Positions 18,271 to 28,200 of a stretch of 64,000 nt of DNA are shown here, piece by piece (the first letter of the stretch is position 1; the number at the start of each line of letters is the position of its first letter). Both the position numbers and the translations under genes were made by a program. Source of the stretch: a phage; sequence record PZ386953.1; one strand, 5' to 3'. The notes under the pieces were generated by a model that had not been told where the DNA came from, ran no database searches, and saw only the letters and a program-made list of their open reading frames with translations.

Positions 18271-19155
18271 ATGCCAAGCAATATAGTTGATGAAAAAGAC
18301 CTGTACAAGCCTCAAGAGGTTAAATCTCCAAAGGCTGAAAAGGCAGAGCAGCAAACTGAAAGCGATGTAAAGTACACTATGTTTGTCAGCGGTCTTAACT
18401 ATGGCGGTCGCAATACGGAGATGAAGGGTAAAAACTTTACTAACGATCTTGCCATTATCTTCGATCAGGTTGAGAATTACTCTTTCAAACATTCTGTTGA
18501 TAAGACTGGGTTTGCGGTGGAAGATAAATCTACCCTGTCAGACCACGCCGTAATTAAAGATGGTGTATTTTCTTTTACTGGTAGGGTAAATACATCCCCA
18601 CACATAATCTATGAGCAAAACTACATTGATAGGAATACTGACTCTAAAAACCCTGCAGCATCTATGCGACCAGGAGCTGCATTGGAGGCTTTGACTGAGA
18701 TTATCAATAAGCGACAGTTGGTTTCTTTGGTTACCGAGGAGAGACTTCTTGAGAACTACATCATAACCAGTCTTTCTGCCAACAAGTCTGTTGGTGAAGG
18801 CGCTGCAATGGTGTTTGATGTAGAACTTACAGAGTTCCGCACATTCTACTTGAATAAGGTTGTTAATGCAACTGTATACAGCAATCCTAAGAAAGTAGGC
18901 AAGACCCAACAAAAAGGCGCTGTCAACGACTGTAAGAATGGTAGTAACGTAGGTAACAAGAGGGACACAGGAGCATTCGCAGACACTGCATCCACAAACG
19001 CTGCAGAGGAGTGGCAGCCATACAAATCTATGATGTGGACAGATGAAAACGGTGTTACCCAATCGGCTGCGGATTGGTATTATCAGGAATATGGAAGACC
19101 TTCTACCATAGTCCCCTCTGAGCAGGGAAACTACAACAAAGTTAACGGGAAATAA
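18271..19155 (+). CDS. tail/baseplate structural protein
   Basis: ATG 18271 with GGAGAGG SD, in frame with track ORF 18244..19155; first gene after tape measure. Confidence 0.45.
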   Translation: MPSNIVDEKDLYKPQEVKSPKAEKAEQQTESDVKYTMFVSGLNYGGRNTEMKGKNFTNDLAIIFDQVENYSFKHSVDKTGFAVEDKSTLSDHAVIKDGVFSFTGRVNTSPHIIYEQNYIDRNTDSKNPAASMRPGAALEALTEIINKRQLVSLVTEERLLENYIITSLSANKSVGEGAAMVFDVELTEFRTFYLNKVVNATVYSNPKKVGKTQQKGAVNDCKNGSNVGNKRDTGAFADTASTNAAEEWQPYKSMMWTDENGVTQSAADWYYQEYGRPSTIVPSEQGNYNKVNGK

Positions 19156-19167
19156 GGAGAGCGTATA

Positions 19168-19548
19168 ATGGAGCTTAAAGATTGGTGCATAATTACCTTT
19201 GTGTGGGACATTGACGGCTTTCCTGATCAAACCATGCGTGTTGTTTTAGACAATGAAACGTATGAAATGCGTATGCAATGGAATGAGAGGGATGAGTCCT
19301 GGTGGTTATCTCTTGGTCCAGTAGGTGATAGCCCTTTAGTAACCAGAAAAGTAACAGCTTGTCAAGATATTTTAGACGGACTGCATTACAGAGATGATTT
19401 ACCGAAAGGAAGACTGATGGTGCTGTCGTTTAAAGACGATCAATATTGGGGTAGAGTTGGAAGATATAACCTTGGGGCGAGATCTGAGCTACAACTTGTA
19501 TACGGCACCCCGGTTGATCTTTACAAGGAACAGCAAGGGTTAGAATAA
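19168..19548 (+). CDS. hypothetical tail/baseplate protein
   Basis: 126-aa ORF with AAGGAG SD. Confidence 0.45.
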   Translation: MELKDWCIITFVWDIDGFPDQTMRVVLDNETYEMRMQWNERDESWWLSLGPVGDSPLVTRKVTACQDILDGLHYRDDLPKGRLMVLSFKDDQYWGRVGRYNLGARSELQLVYGTPVDLYKEQQGLE

Positions 19549-20552
19549 TGGCAGAGTACAGACGTAGAACATGGCGATTATTGTTTGGTCGTCCTGTAGA
19601 ACATGGCGGTAAATCAAAAACCAATATCCCAAAATCTGTTGAAAAGAAAGGGGAGAGTGATTCCGGAGTTTATGAAGTTAGCTCGGACACTGGTGCTGCC
19701 AATATAGAGTTTGACATACAAAAGGACAATACCAAAGAGCCAAACAAAGGTTATGTGACACTTTACAACCTGTCTGACGATACAGTTAACTATCTGGATA
19801 TGCATCAGGCTGATGCCCTTGCAGTTATGTTTGAAGCTGGCTATGATAATGAGAACCAGTTGATATTTTCCGGAACTGTGGAGTTTGTTGAAGACAGGTG
19901 GGAAGGTCCGACCAGAAAAACTAAGTTCATCTTTGGGGATGGCACTGAGAACATCATTAAGTGCCAAAGCACAAGATCTTATCAGAAAGGCACACCTCTG
20001 AACTCTGTGCTTAATGACCTACTGAAGGATATGAACTTGCCAAAAGGTAGGGTTGTGGGTTTTGGAAACCAGACTCTACAATACTCTATGGCTTTCTCTG
20101 GAAACACTGCAGAGAACCTCCGCAGGTTTGCAAGGCTGACCAACTCAACATTTAGCGTTCAGGATGGGGCTTTGTATTGGACCAAGGTTGGGAAAAGGTT
20201 CAAAGACTCTGTGTTTGAAATAAGTGCAGAGTCTGGGATGCACGGATCTCCTACCCCTAAAAACCCAGAACCTGCTAAAAAACGAAAAGCTAAAGCTGCT
20301 GCCAAAGGTGGTTCGACATCTAAAAAGAAAAAGAAAAACCCGAGAGAGGATGTTGGCCTTACTGTAACCACCTGCCTTAACGGAGCTATCCTCCCAGAGT
20401 CCACTATTTATCTTAAAAGCAAGCAATATACAGGATTCTATAAGGTGATCACGGTGCATCATAAGGGCACCATAGAAGGAGGTGATTACACTACAGAGCT
20501 TGGCCTTGGGGAAACAGTGGGTGGAGTTGTTGACAAAACTGAGGAGGTATAA
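19548..20552 (+). CDS. tail/baseplate structural protein with Lys-rich linker
   Basis: 334-aa ORF, start overlapping upstream stop; KKRKAKAAAKGG...KKKKK segment. Confidence 0.45.
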   Translation: MAEYRRRTWRLLFGRPVEHGGKSKTNIPKSVEKKGESDSGVYEVSSDTGAANIEFDIQKDNTKEPNKGYVTLYNLSDDTVNYLDMHQADALAVMFEAGYDNENQLIFSGTVEFVEDRWEGPTRKTKFIFGDGTENIIKCQSTRSYQKGTPLNSVLNDLLKDMNLPKGRVVGFGNQTLQYSMAFSGNTAENLRRFARLTNSTFSVQDGALYWTKVGKRFKDSVFEISAESGMHGSPTPKNPEPAKKRKAKAAAKGGSTSKKKKKNPREDVGLTVTTCLNGAILPESTIYLKSKQYTGFYKVITVHHKGTIEGGDYTTELGLGETVGGVVDKTEEV

Positions 20553-21229
20553 TGGCAATAAATAGGAAAGATGCTGCTGTAAGATCCTTCATAGAAAAAA
20601 TAATGAGGGACTACCACACAAGTATCAGGGCCAGAGTTGTCAGTGTTGACTACAGTATTCCTTCTGCAGCCGTGCAGCCAATAGCTGAAACCACGTTTGA
20701 TGACGGAGATGTGGAGAGATACCCTCTTATCTATGACGTTCCAATTCAGGTGATGTCTGCAAACAGCGGCAAGGCAAGGTTAACACTTCCTATTAAGGCT
20801 GGTGATGTTGTAGGATTACAGTTTTCAGAGAGAAATGAAAACAATAACGACGATCAACAAACTCACGGCCTGTTTCCAGGGTGGGCAATCACCTCTGTTC
20901 ATTCAGACTCAAACGCTTTACAGATCGATCCTGATAACGTAGAGTTATGGAATGATAGGGTTTATTTTAAACTGACACCTTCTGGTGATTTTGAGCTTCA
21001 AACACCGGGTGGGACATTGCGGTGCGATAGCAGCGGGGAGTTTTCTTTCACTAACGGAGCTGCCAATTTGCGAGCTGCTGTGGATGGAAATATCAGAATG
21101 AATGGTGCCACAATAGACCCATCTGGTAGAATTATAACTGCTGCGGGTGTGGATTTGGATTCATTCTATGCAGAATATAAAGGTCATACCCACTCTTGCC
21201 CTGATGGCGAGACAAGTGGACCGCACTAA
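20552..21229 (+). CDS. tail/baseplate structural protein
   Basis: 225-aa ORF, translationally coupled (TAATG); function from position only. Confidence 0.4.
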   Translation: MAINRKDAAVRSFIEKIMRDYHTSIRARVVSVDYSIPSAAVQPIAETTFDDGDVERYPLIYDVPIQVMSANSGKARLTLPIKAGDVVGLQFSERNENNNDDQQTHGLFPGWAITSVHSDSNALQIDPDNVELWNDRVYFKLTPSGDFELQTPGGTLRCDSSGEFSFTNGAANLRAAVDGNIRMNGATIDPSGRIITAAGVDLDSFYAEYKGHTHSCPDGETSGPH

Positions 21230-21241
21230 TAGAGGGCTTTC

Positions 21242-21958
21242 ATGGCTACGCTTTATAGTGATATATTAATGGACCCACAGACAGGCGATTTGGCGATAGA
21301 CAAAGGTCTTGAGTTGATAGATTCAAACCAAGTAAGTCTACGCCAGCGCTTGTGGATGAGGTTTAATACGTGGAAGGGGAGCTGGTACTTTGACGAGTTG
21401 TTTGGCTTCCCTTATATGGACTTTCTCAGTAAGAAGGTCATGAAGACTGTTCTTGATAACAAGATTATGGAAGTGGCAAGACAGGAGCCGGATGTGCTAA
21501 ACATCATAAACTTCCAGTCTACCATGGATCGAAGATCGAGAACATACCAAGCGTTCTTTGAGGTTGTTACCAAAGAGAACGAGATTGTAAGGCTGGCTTT
21601 CGTAGGTCTTGATCAGTTCACCTACCCACAGCCTGATTCTGGGACAACCTCTCTCTGTGATGATGAGGGTTGGATTAAGTGGGCTAATAAACTGTACTAT
21701 CTGATCAACTTCAGATTACCTAGAACCGGAGATGCCACATGGTGGAACCAGTATGCTGGTCCTGAGATGGAAAACCCGATCCCTGTAGGCTCTCTGTTGA
21801 CTCAGGATAAAGATCTGCTGATGACTGAGGCAGAACAAACTATTAACCGCAATACCTGGACACTTGCTCCAGATGAGCGCGAATACTCTGGTGTTATTGC
21901 TACCTCCAATGATGAGGCTATTGCCAACCAGTCTGGTCGTGCTATTGATGTTAACTAA
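21242..21958 (+). CDS. tail/baseplate structural protein
   Basis: 238-aa ORF with GAGGG SD. Confidence 0.4.
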   Translation: MATLYSDILMDPQTGDLAIDKGLELIDSNQVSLRQRLWMRFNTWKGSWYFDELFGFPYMDFLSKKVMKTVLDNKIMEVARQEPDVLNIINFQSTMDRRSRTYQAFFEVVTKENEIVRLAFVGLDQFTYPQPDSGTTSLCDDEGWIKWANKLYYLINFRLPRTGDATWWNQYAGPEMENPIPVGSLLTQDKDLLMTEAEQTINRNTWTLAPDEREYSGVIATSNDEAIANQSGRAIDVN

Positions 21959-21967
21959 GGAGAAATC

Positions 21968-22636
21968 ATGGCTGTAGCTTATCCTACAATACCAATTCCA
22001 GATCTTGAAGATGCAGAAACAGTCCTGAGTGATGACTTCTTGGTTGTCAACCAGACTGATGGGACAAGAAAGGCTAAGATTGACGATGTTGTCAACGATC
22101 TTAGCATTACTAAGATAGTCTATTTCACAGAGGGTGGCTATCTTAAGAGCAAGAAGGACTTTGCTTATGACCCAGAGACTAAGCGCTACTACACGTGGAA
22201 CGGGGATTATCCTAAAATAATCCTCCCAGACTCCACTGTAGAGGGTGCTGGGGGTGTGTCTGCAAATGCATGGTCTGTTTTTGGTGAGCTTGCTGCAACT
22301 TCTTATGGCAGAATAGTTGATTACGGATCTATCGGCGGTCAGCTTGATATGGATCTTGAAGTTGCGGATACCTTTAAGGTTCGACTAACTTCAAATACCA
22401 CAATCTCTTTTGAAAATCAAACAGAAGGTCTTGAAGGGGTGGCGAGAACTATAACCGTATGCATTACTCAGACCTCTGGCGGCAACAAAGTCTATTGGCC
22501 TGATAATGTTAAATGGGCCTACGGAAGAGATCCTATCCTAACATTTACAGCTGGTGCAACAGATATTTTCAAGTTGGAAACCTACGACAACGGGTTAACT
22601 TGGTACGGGGCACTGATCATCGCAGGAGCTATCTAA
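21968..22636 (+). CDS. fibre adaptor-like protein sharing its N-terminal domain with the 1270-aa fibre
   Basis: 222 aa; N-terminal ~110 aa share a motif pattern (DYLVV-Q-D-TR-KI-DVV, F-EGG, DFAY, AW-V) with the N-terminus of ORF 25271..29083. Confidence 0.5.
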   Translation: MAVAYPTIPIPDLEDAETVLSDDFLVVNQTDGTRKAKIDDVVNDLSITKIVYFTEGGYLKSKKDFAYDPETKRYYTWNGDYPKIILPDSTVEGAGGVSANAWSVFGELAATSYGRIVDYGSIGGQLDMDLEVADTFKVRLTSNTTISFENQTEGLEGVARTITVCITQTSGGNKVYWPDNVKWAYGRDPILTFTAGATDIFKLETYDNGLTWYGALIIAGAI

Positions 22637-22637
22637 G

Positions 22638-25235
22638 ATGCGTATTCAACATAACATTGATAACGTATTTCAGATGATTGAGGGGCACAGGAAGTGCCTC
22701 GATAACAACACAGGTATTACCAACACCCCCACACAAAATAAGCTAGTAAACCCTGATGGTCTTATAGCTGCAGGGTGGGCAGGTAATAAGATAAATAATG
22801 ATTGGGCAATGCATGAGTCCCAAGCTGTGTTGATTCTGGGATACATTGAAGCATACAGGGCATCGAAAAGCGATTTCTATCTGGATAGGGCAAAAGATGC
22901 TTGGGAAGCTTACAATAGTCATCTTCTGGGCGCATATGCTGTAGAAAGTAAAATGCAAAGATTGTCCCACTACCCTCTATCCACAGACGGGGTTCCATCA
23001 CATGGTGGGTTTAAAGATGTGGTGGTATCTTTTACTAACGGTAGAGGAAAAATCCCAGCTGGATCTCCGACATGGGGAGAATACCTGGACAAGGCCTTCC
23101 AAGCATATAACGGTGTGTTAGGAAGAAACACTGTAGACTCTGATGTTTACGGCGGCACAGATGCTAACCCAGATTGGACAACATCTGGATTAAGTTGGTG
23201 GATTGAGTGGTATATAGCATGGGATGGTAACCGCTATTGGGCTAACGGCAGCATAGCCGACAGTGGTCATACGTCTGTAGAGTTCGGCACAATCCAATTA
23301 CAAGATAAGGGTGTTACAGGCAGCCACAAGGTGACCTATTGTGTAAGATTACCCCAAGAGCAGGGTGGATCGGTGATACCTGCAGGATCGCCTGTAATTG
23401 TAAATCCTATAAACGTGGTTGCAGATAATCAAGCCCCAGAGTTGGACGGGGAAGAGATGTGGTGTGACGCTTGTTATCAACTCTACACCTTAACAGGTGA
23501 GGAAAAGTATTACACCGCGTTTGAACAGTCTTACAACAAGTTGCTTAATTTCAGTGATATAAACGCCTACGACAAACTGTTTAGAAAGACCACGTTGATT
23601 AAGGCACCGTTTACAGATGGTACTTGTCTTGTTGCAGGAACAGTTCCTGTCATGAGCAGGGACAGTGACGGGTATATCAATTTTAGAATGAACGCACGCC
23701 AGCCTTGCGAAATAATTCAAAAAGGGACTACATACAAAATAGGCAGAGATGCTGAAATTGTTATGAATTTCGGAGGAGAAGGGGTTCTATTCCAGCCACA
23801 TTTCATCCTTAATGATGGCAACAATAACAAAAGACAGTACAGGATAGGGGTTCCTTTTGGAGGAGCAGAGGTAACAGAAATAGTTGCCAAGGTTACTGAT
23901 TTCGTAGAGGTAGTTGGTAAAGACGGTAATCCGTATCTCTTACCTAAAGAGGAAAACATTACCGTAAGCGGTGGTGCTAGTGTTAGTATGCAGTATGATA
24001 CCGACATTTACAACCACTCTGACAACTTCACCCGTTGTAATATAGCAAGAGGTAAAGTAACTTTCAATTTTGGAAGAGAGATTTCTTTAAACTCAGTAAC
24101 TTATCGATCAGATGATGAGATGGTAAGGGTCAAATTTCTTGACAAAGACAGGTGGTTATGGTATGCTGATCTATATGCCACTAATGGACAATGGATAACA
24201 GAAACTCTTACTCTAGGAGATTTCAAACTAGATCCGACACAACCTCATCACACCGAAGAAGAGATTAAACCTTTCTTTGCTAATCCTAAAGGGCTCACCT
24301 CTGTAGATTTCAGCCTAAGCGACAGACAGATAGGTAATGGCTTGTTTGATCTATATTGCGTCAACACACTACCGCAATTTTATATTGCAGATAGGGATGC
24401 TTATCTAATCTGGTTTAGCGTATGGATGGCAAGCAAGACAGAATCAACCGCTAAGGTTGGTGATTGCTATGTCAGAAACTACAAGCAAGGTGCATACAGG
24501 CACACACCTGGTGTGTTTCCTGCCGGAAAGGTGATAGATAAGGAAAATTATCTCTTAGAGGAAAGGCCAAACTGGCCCTACCCTGGTATGCAATACCCAG
24601 CAGTCTACTGCATGGGTGCAGAAAACATAGATCGCCATAGATTGTCAAATACAATAGGCTTTCTGTATGACGCTCAAGTCTGGTATAATAATACATTTAA
24701 GACAGAGGGTCCAGTTGCCTCACGTTATGTATGGCAAAGAGGTAATGAAGGGTTGACTGGTTGGTGGGAGATGGTAGATAACTCTAAGCTCCAGTCAAGA
24801 TCTTTTGTTGCTGCGTGCCGCACAATATATGAGCTCAAGAAACATAAAGAACCTGTTGATGAAAGACTATTCCTGTTCTGCCAGAAATGGGCATGGTTCC
24901 TCAACAGATTCCAGTCATCTCATTCAGGAAATCTACCTACAGACTTTAACACCTCTGGGGGGTATTCTTATCAGGACAGAGGGGACAGGATGTGGGTGGT
25001 AGGTGAATGGCTTGCAGGTTGCTGCTGGTTAGGTCTGTGCGGGTATTCAGAGACAATACCTCAAATAGATATTGTTGTAGAAGCCTGTGTGAAGCTATTA
25101 CAAAAGCACCACTTCATTAATGGGGATAATGTTTTAAACGGCTGCTGGGCAGTTTCTGATCCGGTAGGCTATCACTCTGGCGAAATCCTTCGCGGTCTGG
25201 GCCTCTATGCTCAATACCGTGGATTGTACCTTTAA
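22638..25235 (+). CDS. tail-associated protein, possible glycosidase/depolymerase
   Basis: 865-aa Trp/Tyr-rich protein in the fibre cluster; N-terminal region resembles (alpha/alpha)6-barrel glycoside hydrolase patterns by eye only. Confidence 0.4.
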   Translation: MRIQHNIDNVFQMIEGHRKCLDNNTGITNTPTQNKLVNPDGLIAAGWAGNKINNDWAMHESQAVLILGYIEAYRASKSDFYLDRAKDAWEAYNSHLLGAYAVESKMQRLSHYPLSTDGVPSHGGFKDVVVSFTNGRGKIPAGSPTWGEYLDKAFQAYNGVLGRNTVDSDVYGGTDANPDWTTSGLSWWIEWYIAWDGNRYWANGSIADSGHTSVEFGTIQLQDKGVTGSHKVTYCVRLPQEQGGSVIPAGSPVIVNPINVVADNQAPELDGEEMWCDACYQLYTLTGEEKYYTAFEQSYNKLLNFSDINAYDKLFRKTTLIKAPFTDGTCLVAGTVPVMSRDSDGYINFRMNARQPCEIIQKGTTYKIGRDAEIVMNFGGEGVLFQPHFILNDGNNNKRQYRIGVPFGGAEVTEIVAKVTDFVEVVGKDGNPYLLPKEENITVSGGASVSMQYDTDIYNHSDNFTRCNIARGKVTFNFGREISLNSVTYRSDDEMVRVKFLDKDRWLWYADLYATNGQWITETLTLGDFKLDPTQPHHTEEEIKPFFANPKGLTSVDFSLSDRQIGNGLFDLYCVNTLPQFYIADRDAYLIWFSVWMASKTESTAKVGDCYVRNYKQGAYRHTPGVFPAGKVIDKENYLLEERPNWPYPGMQYPAVYCMGAENIDRHRLSNTIGFLYDAQVWYNNTFKTEGPVASRYVWQRGNEGLTGWWEMVDNSKLQSRSFVAACRTIYELKKHKEPVDERLFLFCQKWAWFLNRFQSSHSGNLPTDFNTSGGYSYQDRGDRMWVVGEWLAGCCWLGLCGYSETIPQIDIVVEACVKLLQKHHFINGDNVLNGCWAVSDPVGYHSGEILRGLGLYAQYRGLYL

Positions 25236-25239
25236 CATA

Positions 25240-25262
25240 GGGGGCTGTTTGCCCCCTTTCAG
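25240..25262 (+). terminator. hairpin, weak terminator-like
   Basis: GGGGGC-TGTTT-GCCCCC followed by only TTTC. Confidence 0.3.
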
Positions 25263-25270
25263 GAGAAAGA

Positions 25271-28200
25271 ATGGCTGATATTAAAGTTGTCAGAATTGAA
25301 TCTCTTCCTGCCACTACCGCAGTGACAGAGGATGATTACCTGGTTGTTCAACAACCAGACCTGACTCGTCGTGTAAAAATTGGCGATGTTGTCCATGTGG
25401 ATGGGACTGTTTCTCATGTAATCTCCTTTAAGGAAGGTGGTAAGTTAAACGGCCCAATGGATTTTGCCTACTTCGAAGAGGAAGACCTCTACCTGCGTTG
25501 GAAAGGCGAATTTCCGCACACCGTTCCTGCACTGTCTTCACCATACTCCGATGGTGGGATTACTGACGCTGCATGGATGGTATATACTGACCCGTCCTTA
25601 AGGGAGGAGCTGGAATCTACCATTGGCGCATCTATGATCATGACAGCCGAAGGGCAGTCTGTCCAGGATGTGATGGATGTTACGGTTCAGACAGCTAACG
25701 ATGCTAAAGCACTTGCACAGCGGGTAGATTTTGGTACAGTGCATACTGTAGGTGATGTTATTCACCTTGTCAACTTTGTTGGCCCTGCAGTTATTGAAGA
25801 GGGAAGAACCACCAACTACCCTTCCGTAGCAGCTGGTGAAAGATTTCTGAACGGTGTGGTATCTCGTCGTGATACTACAACTGTTGATGGTATTTTCCGT
25901 GGCGCTACCACCGGAGCCATGTACACCATTGCAGTAACCAACGGTGTAGCAACAACGAAAAGAATAGCACTTCGTGATGAATTTAAACGCCTAGAGGCAA
26001 ACAACCCAACAAGAACAGTTATCCGTGCTGGAGATGATTTAAATACGGCAGGGTACTTGCAGCTTGATGCAACAGGCCGTTGGGGTATGTGGAACCAACA
26101 AACAGCTTCGTGGCAACCTCTTGCTATAGAGCAAGGCGGCACAGGGGCTAGAGATGCCGCTGGAGTCCGTATCAATATCGGTGCTTTCTATAAGCAACGT
26201 GCAGCCCTTGAGCCAAATTTCAATATCAATAACTTGACTGGTAATCAGGATGGTGTATACTACCAGCCAATTACTGCTTATGCAACTGAGGCAAATGGTT
26301 ACCCTGCAGGTTCTGGTGCTGGTCACTTGATTGTTTGGCAGAACAATGCTAACGGAGGTACAGGTTGTCGTCAGGAATACTATCCATTCTCTAACGTAGA
26401 TGTTTGGTATTTGAGAACCTATCAGGCCAACACAAATCAGTGGACTGCATGGCAGCCGATGGTCAGACCTCGTAACGATGATACCTTCAGATCTCATATT
26501 GGCCTTGGTAAAAACAACTCGCCAGCCTTCGGGCACCTTTACTTAGCTCAATACTCGGGAGATGTTAAATCGGCCTCAGGTATTCTCCATGGAGATAAAT
26601 ATAATACTGACGGTGTCCTTGAGCATGGATATAGGATCTATTCTGAGGTAAGAAACGACAATAAGGCTTGGTTGACAATCCACCTGCACAAAGGCGCAAA
26701 AGGATCTGAAACTCATAGATATTTAGGCTTCCGTGAGGATGGGGTCTTAGATTGTCCTAAATATATGCAGGTTGGTGATCTGAACGGTCAGATGGCAAAC
26801 TGGGGACTTGGAGAATGGATCCGCAGTTCAGAAGCAGAAAGAGGTTTCTGGGGATCTAAGAAAGCCGCCAAGATGGTCATTTGGGATGGCGGTATGGACG
26901 AGCAAGGTGAAGGAACGCTTGAGTGGGGTGTTTATAACAACCGGAAAGCCAAATGGGAACCACTACCGATAGCTTGTGGTGGTACCAGTGCCAGGACTGT
27001 AGGGGATGCTCAAGCACAATTCAGAATCCCTCTGGCAGCAGGTGCTAGACCATATGTAAACCTGCCTAGAACTGCAGCTATGCAGGACGGTAAGTATTAT
27101 CCTATTATCGTCAGAACTGACCCCAACTTTGCAGCAACTATCGGGACAGATTTAACCATTGTCACCAGATCTTCTTCTGGCGGCGACCCAATGAACTGTG
27201 CTACACTACAGTGTCACTACAGAACTGGTGGCTGGACAGACAGAGGTGATTCTTTCCAAGGGGTTATTAATTTCTACCAAAACGAGAGAGCAATCCTCGG
27301 ATGTGTATCTCCAACCAGAGGTAAGCAGGAGTATGTTGCATTCTATGTAGAGGCACGTGCATTCCCTGTTACGGTATATGCTGGCGCTACTGTAATAGAA
27401 GTGTCAACCAGGGAGGCTGATTGGCAGGTAGGCAACGTGACAGGTAACCAAGATGGTGTCAAGTTCTGTGCTCCTCTGGAATCTGCAGATTTGAGTCTTG
27501 CAATCAAAGGTGATGATGTAACAAACACCAGACCTCTGGTTGAGTTCAAAGGAACATCAGGTTTCTACACTGGTGGTGGAACTATGTGGCACTACCTGGG
27601 GACTCCTGAACGCTATGCAGTGATGAGCAAAATGAACATGCCTAAAGTCGAGCTTTGGGCAGACGGTATTGACTACATTTGTCCTGGTAGTCAGACCACT
27701 AGAAAAGCACTGTTCTCTAACGCAGGGTTCCAAGCTGCATCGGAAGGAACAGAGGATCTGATCAACAACACCTTTACCTCTAAATGTGGTAATGGTGCAA
27801 GACTGCAAGGCCAGGCAGAGTTCAGATCTACTCCGGAAGCTGGTCAAGTTATCGTTCGCGATGTTGTAGGTACAGCTCATAAGTTCTACAATTTCAACAA
27901 AGACGGCACATTTTTCCCTCCTGGAGGCTATGTTTGCCAGACAGGTGCTGACTGGAACAATCAGTTTGGTAATACAAACCCCTCCAAGATAATGGCTGGC
28001 AATGTCAACGGACCGGAAGGTTCGATGGTTGTTGGTGGACTGTCTGTGGCGTTTTCTGGAAACTATGCTTTCCAAATGGCTGGTCGCCTTGATCAGTTAT
28101 ACACCAGATCTATTGAGGGTGGTAACCACAGGGCGTGGAACAAAGTTATTCAGCACCGTGGTCAAGGTCTGGGGACAGAAGACCTTAATGCCTACGATGG

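Noticed and set aside
18538-19230. 230-aa minus-strand ORF antisense to tail genes
   Set aside because: Overlaps ORFs 18271..19155 and 19168..19548 on the coding strand of a co-directional structural operon; no start context.
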